Positions 40,179 through 55,184 of a DNA stretch of 64,000 bases are shown here, piece by piece (positions within the stretch are counted from its first letter, which is position 1; every line of letters starts with the position of its first letter). The translations under genes were made by a program, and so were the position numbers. Under the pieces are notes generated by a model, which made no database searches, was not told the DNA's origin, and saw nothing but the letters and a program-made list of their open reading frames with translations. This DNA comes from Eledone cirrhosa (Eukaryota), in the NCBI GenBank assembly GCA_964016885.1, contig OZ024747.1, forward strand, positions 28,334,001-28,398,000, given 5' to 3'.

Positions 40179-40257
<79 letters not shown>

Positions 40258-41334
40258 TGTTGTATATGTTTGGTAGAAATATCCAAAGGCAAGAGCACTC
40301 AGTCCATAAGTCTTTACTTTGCTTTACTTTGAAATATTATAAAATATATACAGTAAAAACATTATTTTATTTTGTTTTGTTATTCCTTTTACCTCAGTTC
40401 CATCTCTATATTTTTATCTGCATTGTACTACCTTTCCTAATACTCTCTGTATTATTTGTTATATATATATATGTACACTGGTATCTACCTCTCTATGGTA
40501 GGGCCAATGACGCTATTAGAACTCCATGTAGTATGGAATTAAAAATTACGAGATCAGGTGATACGAGTTTTTGTTTTTGTAATATGATATCATCATATTA
40601 GATTTCATTGAGCATTCAAACAAGCTACAAAGTCATATATTTAAGTTGAACAATAAAAACAAAAAGCAAAGTTAAGTGTTTAATTCGTTCATTGTTTTAC
40701 AACCATTTCAGAAGGTTGATTGACCATGATAAATCGATATAGGGATTAAATGATAGTAGTTATACAACTCACTCTCTTCATATTGATTAATCACTATATT
40801 GATTTATTATGGTTAATTAATCTTTTCAAATGATTATAAAACAATGAACTAATTAAGCACTAAACTTCACCTCTTGTTTTCATTGTTCAACCTATATGAC
40901 ACTTCAGCCACAAACCTAAGCACTGTTGCCCTTAACACAGAGAAGTGGAAGATATCCAAATACCAAGACTTGATGGCCAGCTTCCTTTTCATGCCAGTCA
41001 CCATCAAGATCTCTGGTTTCTTCATTCTCTTGATTGCCATTTTCATTTTCAAAAGAACTACATCCTACCTGAGGAAGGGGCCCTATGAGGTGGAATGGCT
41101 GATGCAGCAGGTGTCACTGGTTGTTCTCCATAGCAGCACTTTTAGCATATTTTCAATAGGGTGCAGCTAAGACATACTGCCAAGCCGAGGGTGTGGAGTT
41201 TGCCACTTCTCCTCCCCACTTCCATTTCATTATTAAGTTTTTTTTCTTCTTGCCCATTTCTCTTTTTTCTATCTTTCAGTTAATTCTTTTAATCCTTTTT
41301 TATAAATACTTTCATCATTGTATACTTCTGTTCA

Positions 41335-41625
<291 letters not shown>

Positions 41626-43387
41626 TTAAGTTATGCTTGAAACACCAACTTAAATTAGTTTTATTACAAAACCCCTCCAAATTTCTGATTATTTCCCAAA
41701 TTATTTGAAAATATTAGGCAGTGTTTGACATTAGAAATATGGTAACGAGGTGATGACAATGATGTTGATGACAACACAAGAAGAATGAATAATTTTGAAC
41801 TCAGAGTCATCTTGCTTTCTGGCATTTCTGAGGTTTCTTAAAGCATGAAAGAATGATATAAACTTGATATTTTGAGTTTAATAAATCTATAGCATACATG
41901 GCTTCACAGCTAAGGGATTAAGAAGTTTGCTTTTGCAATCATTAGGTTTAAGGCTTGATTTCATTGTATTGTACTAGTACTTTTAACAAGTATCCACTAA
42001 CATTATCTTGGCTCAACATGAAGGTCATCATGATATCATAGAGTGTAATAAAAAACATTCTGCCATTCTATTGGCCTATTATAGCATACATTATTGTAAA
42101 GTGGTTAGTGATAGGAAAGGAATCCAATTATAGAAAACTTGCCAAACAAAGGGTTAAGAGGACCTTCAACTGTGACAAAGACTTGGAAACCTCCCTGATG
42201 CTGGTGCCACAATAAAATGCACCTGATACAGTCTGTAAAGTGTAGGAATGTGTCCCATGGTCTATATGAGAAATCAGGTGCTTTGATTAAGTACTTAGAT
42301 AGCCCAGTCCTTGCCAGAGGGCATTAAATGATGATGATTATTATAATGTAGAATGTAGCATTTTGATGTTGTTGATTGATTTATTTTATTAATTGTTTCT
42401 ACTTTTGGCACAAGGCCAGCAATTATCCAGTACATTACTGGTACTTTATTTTATCGACCTCGTAAGGATGAAAGGCAAAGTTAACCTCGGCGGGATAATG
42501 CCTTAAAATTTGAAAGCAAAGTCAACTAAGTCAGGTAATTTGTTAGGAAATCTACAGTTTCTGTAACTGTATTACTTTAGAATCTAGCTACAATAGCCTA
42601 CTGTATTGTTGTTGTTTAGCCCCCAGTTTGAACATAGCATAGTTGAATGGTAAAGGAGTTCACTTTGCATTGGGGTCACAGATTAATCCCACTGCATGGC
42701 ACCTTGAACAAATGTCATGTGTTGACCCATGCTTTTTGAGTGAAATTGGGTTTTCAGAAACTGTTTGGAAGCCTGTCAGATGGACTGTATCTGGAATTCA
42801 AAAGGCCAGCCTCGTCACACAGAGTGTCATGTTGAATCTCCCTGAGAATTACGTTAAAGGTACATGTGTCGGAAATGCTTAACCACTTACACATTCATTT
42901 CATAAGGATGCTGTTTTGTTGATTGAGCAACTGGAATGTTCATCATTGAAGGTCCATTCTATTTGGCCACAATGATCCCTGACTGAGCAGGCATATGATG
43001 AAAGAGATTTAAACATGACCATCCTGCCTGTTTGTGTATCAGCAACTACATTGTTTGAAGATAATATGGTATTATTTGAATGAGATTTGACTGCTGGTTC
43101 TAGAATGACAAGTGACTGTGAAGAGACTCACTCCTTAGTTCATGACCTATTTTATCATAAGCCACTGTAAAGTTTATAGTAGACTATATTAATCCAGGAT
43201 ATAATGTAAGACATTCTATTATTTCTGACCTCTAGTTTCTTATTACAGTTAACAACATGCAATGATTCAGCAGAAAATATATAAAATCAAGTTTGTTAAT
43301 TCAATTATTTATAATATAATTCCTAGTGAACAAACCATTGTGAAAGTTTACAATATTAAAGTAAAGTCTATAATATTTAAAGTGATA

Positions 43388-43870
43388 TCTTAACTATAAT
43401 AAAGGAAGGTCTGTGGGATTGTGTACAGAATATATTTTTTTACCCCGTTTGTAAAATAAGTTGGGTTACTTTGAATGAATATTACATAATTTATGTGCTA
43501 AATTTTGTGGCTGTTGATTAAATATATTTTATAGCTTATTTAAAGACCTTTAAAATTCACTTCTTTAAAATTATAAAATGTCAACACTTCTGGTTAGCGG
43601 CCGTTATATTATAACACTTATAATCGCATATATTTCCGTCGCTAATTTTCTCCTAATGCAGTTTATATATAATGTGTTTTTTTAAATATATCATGGATTA
43701 CTGATTACAGAAGACAGTGTAACATAGGCTTTGTTCATTTTCTTTGTATATTGTCAATTACGATTTTATTTGATGTATCATATTTACATGTATATATATT
43801 TGTGTATAATATCAATATACACACTACACATGCTAGCAGAAAACCACCCGTAGGGTGGTTTTTCTGCTAG
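43388..43870 (+). mobile_element. Non-autonomous Helitron-like element
   Basis: A|TCttaactataataaagg 5' end, 3' hairpin and CTAG|T end, no TSD. Confidence 0.65.
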
Positions 43871-44154
43871 TAATCATAATGCTACTTTGTACTTTTGGGA
43901 AATATCTTACTATTGTAGATTCAAGAGATTTGTTAATTCAAATGTCTACACTTTCTTTACTAGGACACAGATCATTGCAAAACTTTGTAGTATTAGAGTT
44001 GCAATGTCCATTTATAACGTGATATAGTCATAGTGCTGTTAGGTGCTTTTCAAGAAATTCTTACTAATGGGGTTTCATGTGATGCAGGACATTAAGAAGT
44101 AATACACTAATAGGGTTTTATTGTGGCAGAAAATAACTAACTGTGAAATCTCAC

Positions 44155-44307
44155 CTGGTTTTTCACTTTTGTAACATATCCTTTCTCTCTCCAGTCAACG
44201 GTGGCTGGTAAATCCATAGATTCATCAGAGAAAACCATGTTTGGAGTGTAAAGGCTGGCATTCCTTGGTTTCAGTCCATTCATCATTTTTACAAACTCTT
44301 TATTGGT
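44155..44307 (-). CDS. CTSL: Cathepsin L-like gene B, coding exon 3
   Basis: TNKEFVKMMNGLKPRNASLY...DLPATVDWREKGYVTKVKNQ. Confidence 0.94.
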
Positions 44308-44489
44308 CTGGCAACAGAAAACATCAAACATATATAGATATATATAGATATATGAATATAGAGATATTTGCATCCATGATAACAACAATGGGTATGTATA
44401 TATATGTGTGTGTGTGTGTGTGTATCTGTGTGTGGGTGTGTGTATATGTGTATATTTGTATCATCAAAATATGTATATATATTTATTCA

Positions 44490-47272
44490 TGAAAGAGCTC
44501 AAAAAGCTTTGCCACCAGTTTTTACAATCATATTTGAAGATTTCTGGTGGTATGCCATCATTAACAGAGACCTTGATGACAGTTTGCTTTATGTCATCTT
44601 GAACTTCTTTTAAGCATGGTTCACGAGACAACTCTAGGGTTCCTGGTCTTTAAGGAATAGACTCAATTACATTATAATTGTTGTCAGAGTTGGAATAAGA
44701 ACAGCCTCAAAATTCTCCTTCCTTCAGGAAAGAAGATAATTCTTATCAGCCAGAGGAGTCTGTCCATCAGAAGACAGAATAGGAGATGAACCATTTTCTA
44801 GGGAGCCAAACACCTTTTTGAGACCTTCATAGAAAGCTTTTGAGTCATTCTTGTTTGCAGCTTCCTGGAGTTCTGATGACCACCAAGACTCTTTCATTCT
44901 TTTGAGGGCAGTTTGCATATGTTTCTTTCGTTCTTTGTATGCATTGTTTGATGGTAGAGCTTTTATCATTGATCCAAGTCTTGTGTGAGCCATGAATCTT
45001 TTTGAAAAACTGTTAAACATCTGCATTGTTATCATCAAATCAATCCTTTTCTTCCATACATAGAGGCTTAATACCTCTAAAAAAGTTTTATTGGTGGTGT
45101 TTCTGGGGGATTTTTAAGATGATTTGATGTCATCAGCTATCTGCATTGAATCAAGAGAGATTTCATATTGATCAGATAACTTTTTGTTGGTATGACTGGA
45201 ATTTAATGGCAAAACGTTGATGTGCTTTGGGATCAATGAGATGGTTATATACTTCTTTTGAGCAATGCAGAAAGAAGCTTTACAATGCAGAAGAGCACAG
45301 TCTGAAAAATAAGAGATGCTGTAGAAAAAATGGGTGATATTAAAGTCTCTCATGCTGTTTTGTGATTATGTAATCTATCATATACCACTCCTTTGATCTT
45401 GGATTCATTCAAACTGTTTTCTGGCTCTTTGTAAAAAGTGTTAGTGATTGCAAGATCAAATTCATTGCAAGGTAAATGAAGACATAGACCATTTGAATTC
45501 ATTCCCTCCATTCTATGGGGACCAAGAATACCAGGTGAGCATTGATGTCTCCCATTAAAACAATTTTGTGTTGAATCTTTGAGATGATTGTACCAAGCTG
45601 CTCATCTTTCTTCTGCTCTAGAGTAGATGTGGCTGGAGCATAACAACCTGCATGTGTGGCAAAGAGAGAGCACAATGATTCAGTCAGCAATTCTAGAAGG
45701 ATGAGAAGATAGGGACTACACATATAAAGATTTGATATCAAAACCAACACCTTATAAGACATGGAGTGTCTTCACTTCTGACGATTCAGAAGAAAGTGCA
45801 TTGTCTACCAATCTCATCCAGCTAAGAAATACCTGCATGATGAGTTTCACTAAATGCAGAAATGTCAATGTGATATTTATGTAGGGTCAGATAGATATTT
45901 ATGCTGCTTTCTGTTCTGGGATGGAATTGTTATCTTGGAGTGTATGGATATTCCTTGAACCAAGGAATATCCATACATTTTGGACTGCAGTACTGGATGA
46001 CCAAACAGCTTTAATTGGCTTCCAAGTTAGAGATATGGATAAGCAATATTTAGGACTCCTTTTATTTCCCCCTCTCTGGGGTTGTACTAGGTTACATGTT
46101 GCCTATGTGGTTCAACATATTTAATTTCATTTTCATTTTCATTTTACGTCCGCTTTTCCCTGCTTGCAAGGGTGGGGCGGGAACTGATTCTGGCTTGATT
46201 TCTACAGCTGGATGCCCTCCTAACATCAACCTCATTTACAGTGAGTGCTGGGTGCTTTTTTGCAGTGGCGCCTCCACAAACACTTTGCAGTGGAATGATA
46301 TGGACCCCAGTCCTATCATCTCATTTCTACAGCTGAGTAAACTGGAGCAATGTGAAATAAAGTGTCTTGCTCAAGGAAACAACACATCACCCGGTCTGAG
46401 AATTGAACTCACAACCTTTCAATTGCAAGCCCAATGCTCTAACCACTAAGCCATGTGCCTTCATATATATATATATATATTCAAATATGACGGTAAAAAG
46501 CTTTTTGAGCTCTTTGAAATAATCTGGAGAGATGGATTTGTACCACAGGACTACAATGGAGCATCTATCAAGCATATCCTAAAAAAAACAAAGTAAGAAA
46601 ACTTGTTGGCGATAACTCATGAGAAATCTCTTTCCTGTATATTGCAGTTAAAATCCTGGCAAGAGTAATTCTTAACGGGATAATCAAGCATGTTATCAAT
46701 GACATCTATCCAGAGTCACAATGTGGTTTTAGATCAGCTTTCAGTCTCCCCATCAACAATAAAAAGACTGAAGTCATCCACTAGCCAAGGCCAACATGAA
46801 GGCAAATCGAAGGCATAAAATAACAACCAACAAATAAGTTCCCTAACTCCCCCACAATCAACAATGGCAAAATCCTGAAATATCTAAAGATCTTCATGTC
46901 TGTGGAGCAGAGTGAAATAAAGTACCTGACTTGATAATGAAATAGTAAAGTGTATAGCTAACTTCATCATCACCTATTGGATGAACAATGAATCTCATTA
47001 GAAATAAAAATGAATGACTATTAAGCTGCAGGCCTTTCCCCTCTCCTATATGAATTGGAATCTTGAGTCCTCTGTCAATTACATATTAGCTAGTTTGATG
47101 TCTTTCATAAACAATGTCTTCCAATTATTTATGGATACAGCTTAAATGACAGAATTTCAAATATTGATCTATTCTCTAAATTGGTGGTATTGAATCCATT
47201 CTTTTTCAATCTCAATCAAGAATGGATTGGCCATGTTTTCAGAATTAATGACAATAAAATTCCACAAGTCCT
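44490..47272. mobile_element. Decayed RTE/BovB-like LINE with 5' part inverted (44490-46050 minus; 46480-47272 plus)
   Basis: Minus piece: YAPAT, MGDINAH, MKESWW..ELQEAANKNDSKAFYEGLKKVFG. Plus piece: IAVKILARVILN, PESQCGFR, WIGHVFRINDNKIPQ. Confidence 0.7.
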
Positions 47273-47276
47273 CATA

Positions 47277-47355
<79 letters not shown>

Positions 47356-47504
47356 CGTTTCTGAATTTGTTTAGCAAGATTCTTTATCTGAAATCGTGTG
47401 TTGAAACCGATATTGTTATACTTTGGGAGGGTCATGTTGCCAATAAGAAACACACGCACCAGGTGCGTGTGTTTCTTATTGGCAACATGACCCTCCCAAA
47501 GTAT

Positions 47505-47566
<62 letters not shown>

Positions 47567-47699
47567 TATGTAAAAGTTCTATTTAAATTGTTGGGATACA
47601 ACAAGCAAATATTTTTATAATTGATATAAAGCACTCAACAAATATTTGGAGTAAAAATACGATATTAACAAATGGAAACTATATTTATAAAACCATATT

Positions 47700-47764
47700 T
47701 ATTTCATTATACATATTTCAAGGACACCAAGTTAAATTATGGTGTGCTTTCATCAGATAAAATA
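47700..47764 (-). ncRNA. Type I hammerhead ribozyme motif (inverted pLTR copy)
   Basis: Reverse complement of 50177-50241. Confidence 0.78.
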
Positions 47765-48159
47765 TAATATAGATCAGTTTTATAAATAAATATTGACATA
47801 CCCTTAAAGAATGCAACCATTGCTGTTGGAAGCTCCCGGATAGTGGAGTTGTAGCTTTAATTATATTATTAGTATTGGATATTTTTATTTTTAAAATAAG
47901 CCGTTGGGTTACGGAGAAAGAGAAAGATAGAGAAGGAGAGAGAAAGAAAGAGAGAGAGAGGGGGGGAGAGAGAGAGAAAGATAGAGAGAGAGAGAGGAGA
48001 CAGAGAAAAGGGGAGAGAACGAAAAACTCTAAGTCATATCTTGTTGAGTTAACTTAACAATTGAGATGAAATGAATAAATAAAATTAGAAATGTTAATAA
48101 TCATGAATGGAATATACATATATAATATGGGAAATTTAACCATTGTTTAAATATGATTA

Positions 48160-48711
48160 TTATTAAAATTAACTTATTCTTCCACCAAAAATTTAGCGCA
48201 AAATATTAATAGAATTAATAATAGAAATTTAAAACCTAACCAAAATACCACTAATAACCCCAGCAATATCCAATTTGTTAAATGTAACTGTAGAAATAAA
48301 TCTAACTGTCCGTTAAATAACAATTGCTGAGCTAAAAATATAGTATATAATTGTAATGTAAAAACTAATTTAAATTCATTTAATTATGTGGGATCCACTT
48401 CCACAGAGTTTAAATCCCGCTTCAATAATCATAAAAATTATTTTACAGATCCAAACAAAAAATCTTCAACTTCTCTATCTAGCCTATTATGGGACCTAAA
48501 ACTAAAGAACGTTGAATATTCGTTGATTTGGAATAATATTTCATAAGCAACTCCTTTTAACTCCTCTTCAGAAAATTGTGATCTTTGTATAGAGGAAATA
48601 TTCTTTATATTAAAGACCAAAAATTCCCTGAACTTAAGAAATAATTTATTCAGTTGCTGCAGACATAGATTAAACTCAACGTTTAAATATAAATATAAAT
48701 TTAAAATGTAG
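48160..48711 (+). pseudogene. PLE ORF C-terminus: Cys-rich linker and GIY-YIG endonuclease, 2 internal stops
   Basis: KLTYSSTKN...KCNCRNKSNCPLNNNC*AKNIVYNCNVKTNLNSFNYVGSTSTEFKSRFNNH...CDLCIEE...LNLRNNLFSCCRHR. Confidence 0.85.
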
Positions 48712-50176
48712 TATATAATTAATTAATTAATTTTATTAATATATTGAACCTGTCGATAAATCATTAGATTCCTTCATCTCTTTTGACTGATTATACACTC
48801 AAGTAAAAATAACTTTTCTTCCTAAATATAAATAAATATAATAAACTATTCTAGAGAAATATATTGAGAGCTCTTGAAAGGAGAAAATATTTCTTATATT
48901 TTTATTTTTTATTGTTTGATAGCTTCTCCTATTTTCGAAAGTTTATCCTTTCAAAGTTTAAGTTAAATATACGTAGAAAATTTCTATACTAAATCTATTA
49001 AACATACTATTATTTTGAAATTATAACTTAAAATATTCTATAATATTTTTAAATTATATTGTTTTTAAAGTTATATTGCTTATAATTATATTTCCAAATT
49101 GTAATATAATTCTTTTGTATTTTATGTACTCAATTATACTATGTACTGTATTTATATATACTTCTCTCTATATGTGTGTATATATGTATATGTGTGTATT
49201 GACATACATGTACTTATGTTTTATGCGTGTATGTCTATCTGTATGTATATGTATACGTGATGCGTATCTACCTATTTGCTGAGGGTACATATATGATTGT
49301 ATATGTGGCAATTGTGTATGTACATGTGCGTGTATATCCATACAATTCGATTGCACTTATGTATAGTGATTATCCCAAGATTCGTGACAGATAGACATAT
49401 AATAACAGCCATAAATAAATAACAGGTAATCTTATAAAACTTATATTAAACAAATTTTGTTTAATAAAGTGTGTATAACAAAATTTCCTTTAATATCTTA
49501 ACAATTATAACATTTTATAAGATTCCTATATCTTAAATTAAATTAAAGAATCCTTTATGTTTTGTGTGTATATATTATATACGTAATTAGATATGCATAT
49601 GTATTTTATAAGTGTGTATATATATTTATATGTATGTATTTTTGCGTGTGTATACGTGTTATATAATATATAGATCTTTAATAATATATGGATTTCTTAA
49701 TATATAATTCCCAATTTTTAATATATTGATCTCAATATTTTAATGATTAACTAAACATCTAATCATATTTAAACAATGGTTAAATTTCTCATATTATATA
49801 TGTATATTCCATTCATGATTATTAACATTTATAATTTTATTTATTCATTTCATCTCAATTGTTAAGTTAACTCAACAAGATATGACTTGAGTTTTTCGTT
49901 CTCTCCCCTTTTCTCTGTCTCCTCTTTCTCTCTCTATCTTTCTCTCTCTGTTGTTCTGGTCTTTCTCTCTCTCTCCCCCCCTCTCTCTCTCTTTCTTTCT
50001 CTCTCCTTCTCTATCTTTCTCTTTCTCCGTAACCCAACGGCTTATTTTAAAAATAAAAATATCCAATACGGATAATATAATTAAAGCTACAACTCCACTA
50101 TCCGGGAGCTTCCGACAGCAATGGTTGCATTCTTTAAGGGTATGTCAATATTTATTTATAAAACTGATCTATATTA

Positions 50177-50241
50177 TATTTTATCTGATGAAAGCACACC
50201 ATAATTTAACTTGGTGTCCTTGAAATATGTATAATGAAATA
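50177..50241 (+). ncRNA. Type I hammerhead ribozyme motif in pLTR
   Basis: tattttat-CUGAUGA-aagcacacca/taatttaact/tggtgtcctt-GAAA-tatgta-UA-atgaaata. Confidence 0.78.
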
Positions 50242-50398
50242 AATATGGTTTTATAAATATAGTTTCCATTTGTTAATATCGTATATATATATATAATATA
50301 TATATAATTGTTTCTACTTTTGGCACAAGGCCAGCAATAACCCAGTGTATTACTGGTACTTTATTTTATCGACTCTGTAAGGATGAAAGGCAAAGTTA

Positions 50399-50438
<40 letters not shown>

Positions 50439-50504
50439 CATCATCATCATCTTCGTTTAACGTCCATTTTCCACGCTAGCATGGGTTAGACGGATAATAT
50501 ATAT

Positions 50505-51107
50505 AGAAATACTTCTTTCTTTGAGCTAATTAATTGTAAAAGACTGTTTGAGTTTATAACTCTATATATATAGTATAACGGCTCCTTTTGTTGAGCTAAT
50601 TTTTAATCCCATAAAAACGGCTGTTATTTCTCGCAGCACGAGTATGAGATAGCTAGACGCTGAAAACCATGTGCGTCAATCAGTTCTCCTAAATATTTTG
50701 AGGTGAAACATACCAATTTTCTGGGTACTTGCTGATGAGTGCAGAAGATGGAATTTTTCACTTTTTCAATTATCGAAACTTATTTGGGTTTTGAAGTTTA
50801 AACTTATCTACGGAACAGGTTTGGATTTTGAAATTTAAATTTGTCCAAGTACCACGGCCATTGCCAATATGGGTTTGTTTTTATTGATTTATTATTTTAA
50901 ATCGAGACAGGCAAACTGTATTAATCTAATTAGTATTTTTCAATCTAGCTAACTTGGTCATTTACAATGCAAACACTACATTTACAATGCAAACACCTAT
51001 ATGAGTGTTTATATTAACTTGTATTTCACGGCTCAGAAATACTTCTTTCTTTGAGCTAATTAATTGTAAAAGACTGTTTGAGTTTATAACTCTATATATA
51101 TAGTATA
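50505..51107 (+). mobile_element. Retrozyme-like non-coding unit: 73-bp identical direct repeats 530 bp apart enclosing a hammerhead
   Basis: 50505-50577 equals 51035-51107; hammerhead at 50724-50853; TA on both sides. Confidence 0.7.
50724..50853 (+). ncRNA. Type I hammerhead ribozyme motif with long stem III
   Basis: ggtacttg-CUGAUGA-stem II-GAAA(50775)-long G:U-rich hairpin-GUC(50843-50845)-caagtacc. Confidence 0.78.
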
Positions 51108-51678
<571 letters not shown>

Positions 51679-52137
51679 TATACACGGTAAGTTGTGGGGT
51701 CCTGTCTACACGAAGAGCTCAATGTAATCCATATGTTGAAAATGTAGGTTAAAATAAATACAACAGCTGGTGATATGCATGTAAGCAAATATTTTCCTTA
51801 TCTGATATTTTGTAACTAACCTTACATAGATCGATAACGAAGTATGGTTGCGATGTATTATCATCACCTAGAAACGATCGTAAAGCAGTGAAGTATATTT
51901 CTAATGACTTGAATTTTTATTTCATTGTTTTAACTTATATATATATATATATTACAATTTAGAAATTAAAAATTAAAAAATATATGATCAACACTACTGT
52001 GTTTTTTTTTGCAAAATGACAATAATTTTTTAGCCAGATAGAAATACCTTAATTCAAGTACATATAGTCCGTCTGTATCGATCTAGAGAATTTTAAATAT
52101 TAAATCTATACTTACAGACGTAAAATGGCAACTGCCT

Positions 52138-52321
52138 GGTGCCTAGACAAGTTTAAATTTCAAAATTCAAACCTTTTCAGCAGATCGGGCAGAACTTCAA
52201 AACATAAACCTGTTTCACAAGGGATGTTATACTAATGAAATAATTAATTAATTACGGAACAACTATTTATAAAATAATTATTAGCGGAGTAATCAATTTT
52301 CTGTGATCAACGGTAGGCACC
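52138..52321 (-). ncRNA. Hammerhead-like relative of 50724 with mutated core (CCGUUGA)
   Basis: Minus strand: ggtgccta-CCGUUGA-...-GAAA-caggttta...taaacttg-UC-taggcacc. Confidence 0.6.
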
Positions 52322-52542
52322 CAGAAATTAAAATCACTTCTCCTAAGATAGTATCTTAAGACTGATCTGTCACAAGCCTAATATATATATATATATAGAG
52401 AGAGAGAGTCTGCAGGGCTGAGACTGGTGAGACCACTAATCATGGGAGTACTCAATGCCAGGGGAGATGCAGAGTGGATATAGAAATACCTAAAATCCTG
52501 ACCACAGCGCCAAATGGTTTCAGTGGTCAGGATATCTCTCTC

Positions 52543-53452
<910 letters not shown>

Positions 53453-53680
53453 ATATATATATATATATATATATGATAGATTCTGTTGTATAGTAGTGAG
53501 GTCTGGACAATACCTGCCTAGTGATTATTTTGTCAACCTCAGAAAATTAAAATTGAAAAGTGACCATAATGGAATTTAAAGTTTGCACATAAAAGTACAT
53601 ATATAAATTCCAATGGAATTTTGTCCAGCACACTTCTGCTTCTTTAGCAGAGATCTAAAGAATGAAAAGGAAAAGCTCAC

Positions 53681-53786
53681 CAAATCAGCAAATTCGTTCA
53701 TTCCCAGCCAGTAGGTGTGGAGACCCATATCAGCCTTCAGGTTGTGTTCCTTCACAATTTTCAGATTTTTCTCCCAGATGACACGA
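53681..53786 (-). CDS. CTSL: Cathepsin L-like gene B, coding exon 2 (I29 propeptide)
   Basis: (R)RVIWEKNLKIVKEHNLKADMGLHTYWLGMNEFADL. Confidence 0.93.
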
Positions 53787-55041
53787 CTGAAAACAACAGC
53801 AGTTGATTAATACAAATTTCTATGTCTTTAAAAGAACACATTAGATCATGTAGGTAAAGATACACTACACCTGAAACAAAAAGTTAAGATGGTATCATTT
53901 AGAATGCCTTTGATTATAAATTTTTTCCAATCAACCAACTAGTAGGTATGTTGTTTATGCTCTATGAAGGAATGAAACCCGAGTTCACCTCTAGTTTGGT
54001 GGGAACTTCAAACCCTTTATGTTGTGGGTATAATAATTGTTTTGGAAGATTGATGCACATCAACAGAAGATCAATATCATTGGTAACATCACTTTAGATT
54101 ACATCATTGGAATATATATTGTAAACTTAATTTCTAATCAAACTTACTTGAATTAATAGTTTGTTATTGCATATTCCATTGTATAAGTCAACCCCCCCCC
54201 CACCCCCAGCTAACCAGTTATGTACTGGACCAAGAAAATCTCAATTCTAAATATATAGATTATAAATGTATATAAAATGAAGGTGTGACTTATCTACATG
54301 TGTAACTTATACATGGGTATATAGGTACTTTAATTAATTGTTACTTAAAATAATTAATTTCTTAAGTTGGAAACTTACATAGTTACTTTAATTAAAACTT
54401 AAATTAATTAAAACTATATTACTTTGATTCAAACTTACTTAAATGAATACTTAATTACTTTTAATAAAAGTTTAATTAATGCTTAATTGTTTTAAATAAA
54501 ACTTACTTCAATCAATATTTTGTAACATTTATTATAACTTAAGAAGGCTACTCCAGAAACTTCAATTGAGGTTTTATTTTAAGGAAATTTTAGAATGGCA
54601 GAAATTTGTAATGGTTATTTTAAACATTTACTCAGTGTTTTAACTATCATTTACCATGTATGTGTCTGTAGTATTCAACACAAAATATCAATTTATTGCA
54701 TAAAATTTGATTTAACCCTTTAGCATTTACATTACTCTATATATACCATTGTATTTTCACAGTAAAGTCTTTATCTCACATAATATCTCATATAATATCG
54801 AATCTATGAGATTTTGATATTATTTATTTTAAGAACAATACCTTAACACGAGTATGAGTGGCCAGTTATGGCTGGGTTGAACAGAAACAGGTGATAGAAT
54901 TCTGTCTGGATATGGCCAGTTTAAATGCTAAAGGGTTAAGAGAGCATAACATTAGATTTAGGACTACAGAAGCAGTCAACCACTCTGTAAAATAATCACC
55001 TTTTCAGCCACAAGGAATACAAAAATTATGTTATGACTTAC

Positions 55042-55184
55042 CGCATAGTTTCAGCATTTATATCAATATAGGATTTTTCATATATGTTCTTGTATTGAGA
55101 CCATGTCTCATCCAGACTGTTGTCAAGGAATGGGGCAGCTGCTGCGAAGGCAACACAAGCAAGGAGAGCAATGATAGATTTCAT
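55042..55184 (-). CDS. CTSL: Cathepsin L-like gene B, coding exon 1 (signal peptide)
   Basis: MKSIIALLACVAFAAAAPFLDNSLDETWSQYKNIYEKSYIDINAETM(R); tttgcag acceptor directly before ATG. Confidence 0.92.

Larger units (their letters stand above)
47572..50285 (+). mobile_element. 5'-truncated PLE: inverted pLTR, GIY-YIG ORF end, 3'UTR, pLTR
   Basis: About 47660-48160 is the reverse complement of 49760-50283; a hammerhead lies in both repeats; TA flanks. Confidence 0.85.

Noticed and set aside
51765-51892. GAAAcgatcgUA resembling the 24713 hammerhead
   Set aside because: Only the 3' half is recognisable; no CUGANGA with a matching stem I.
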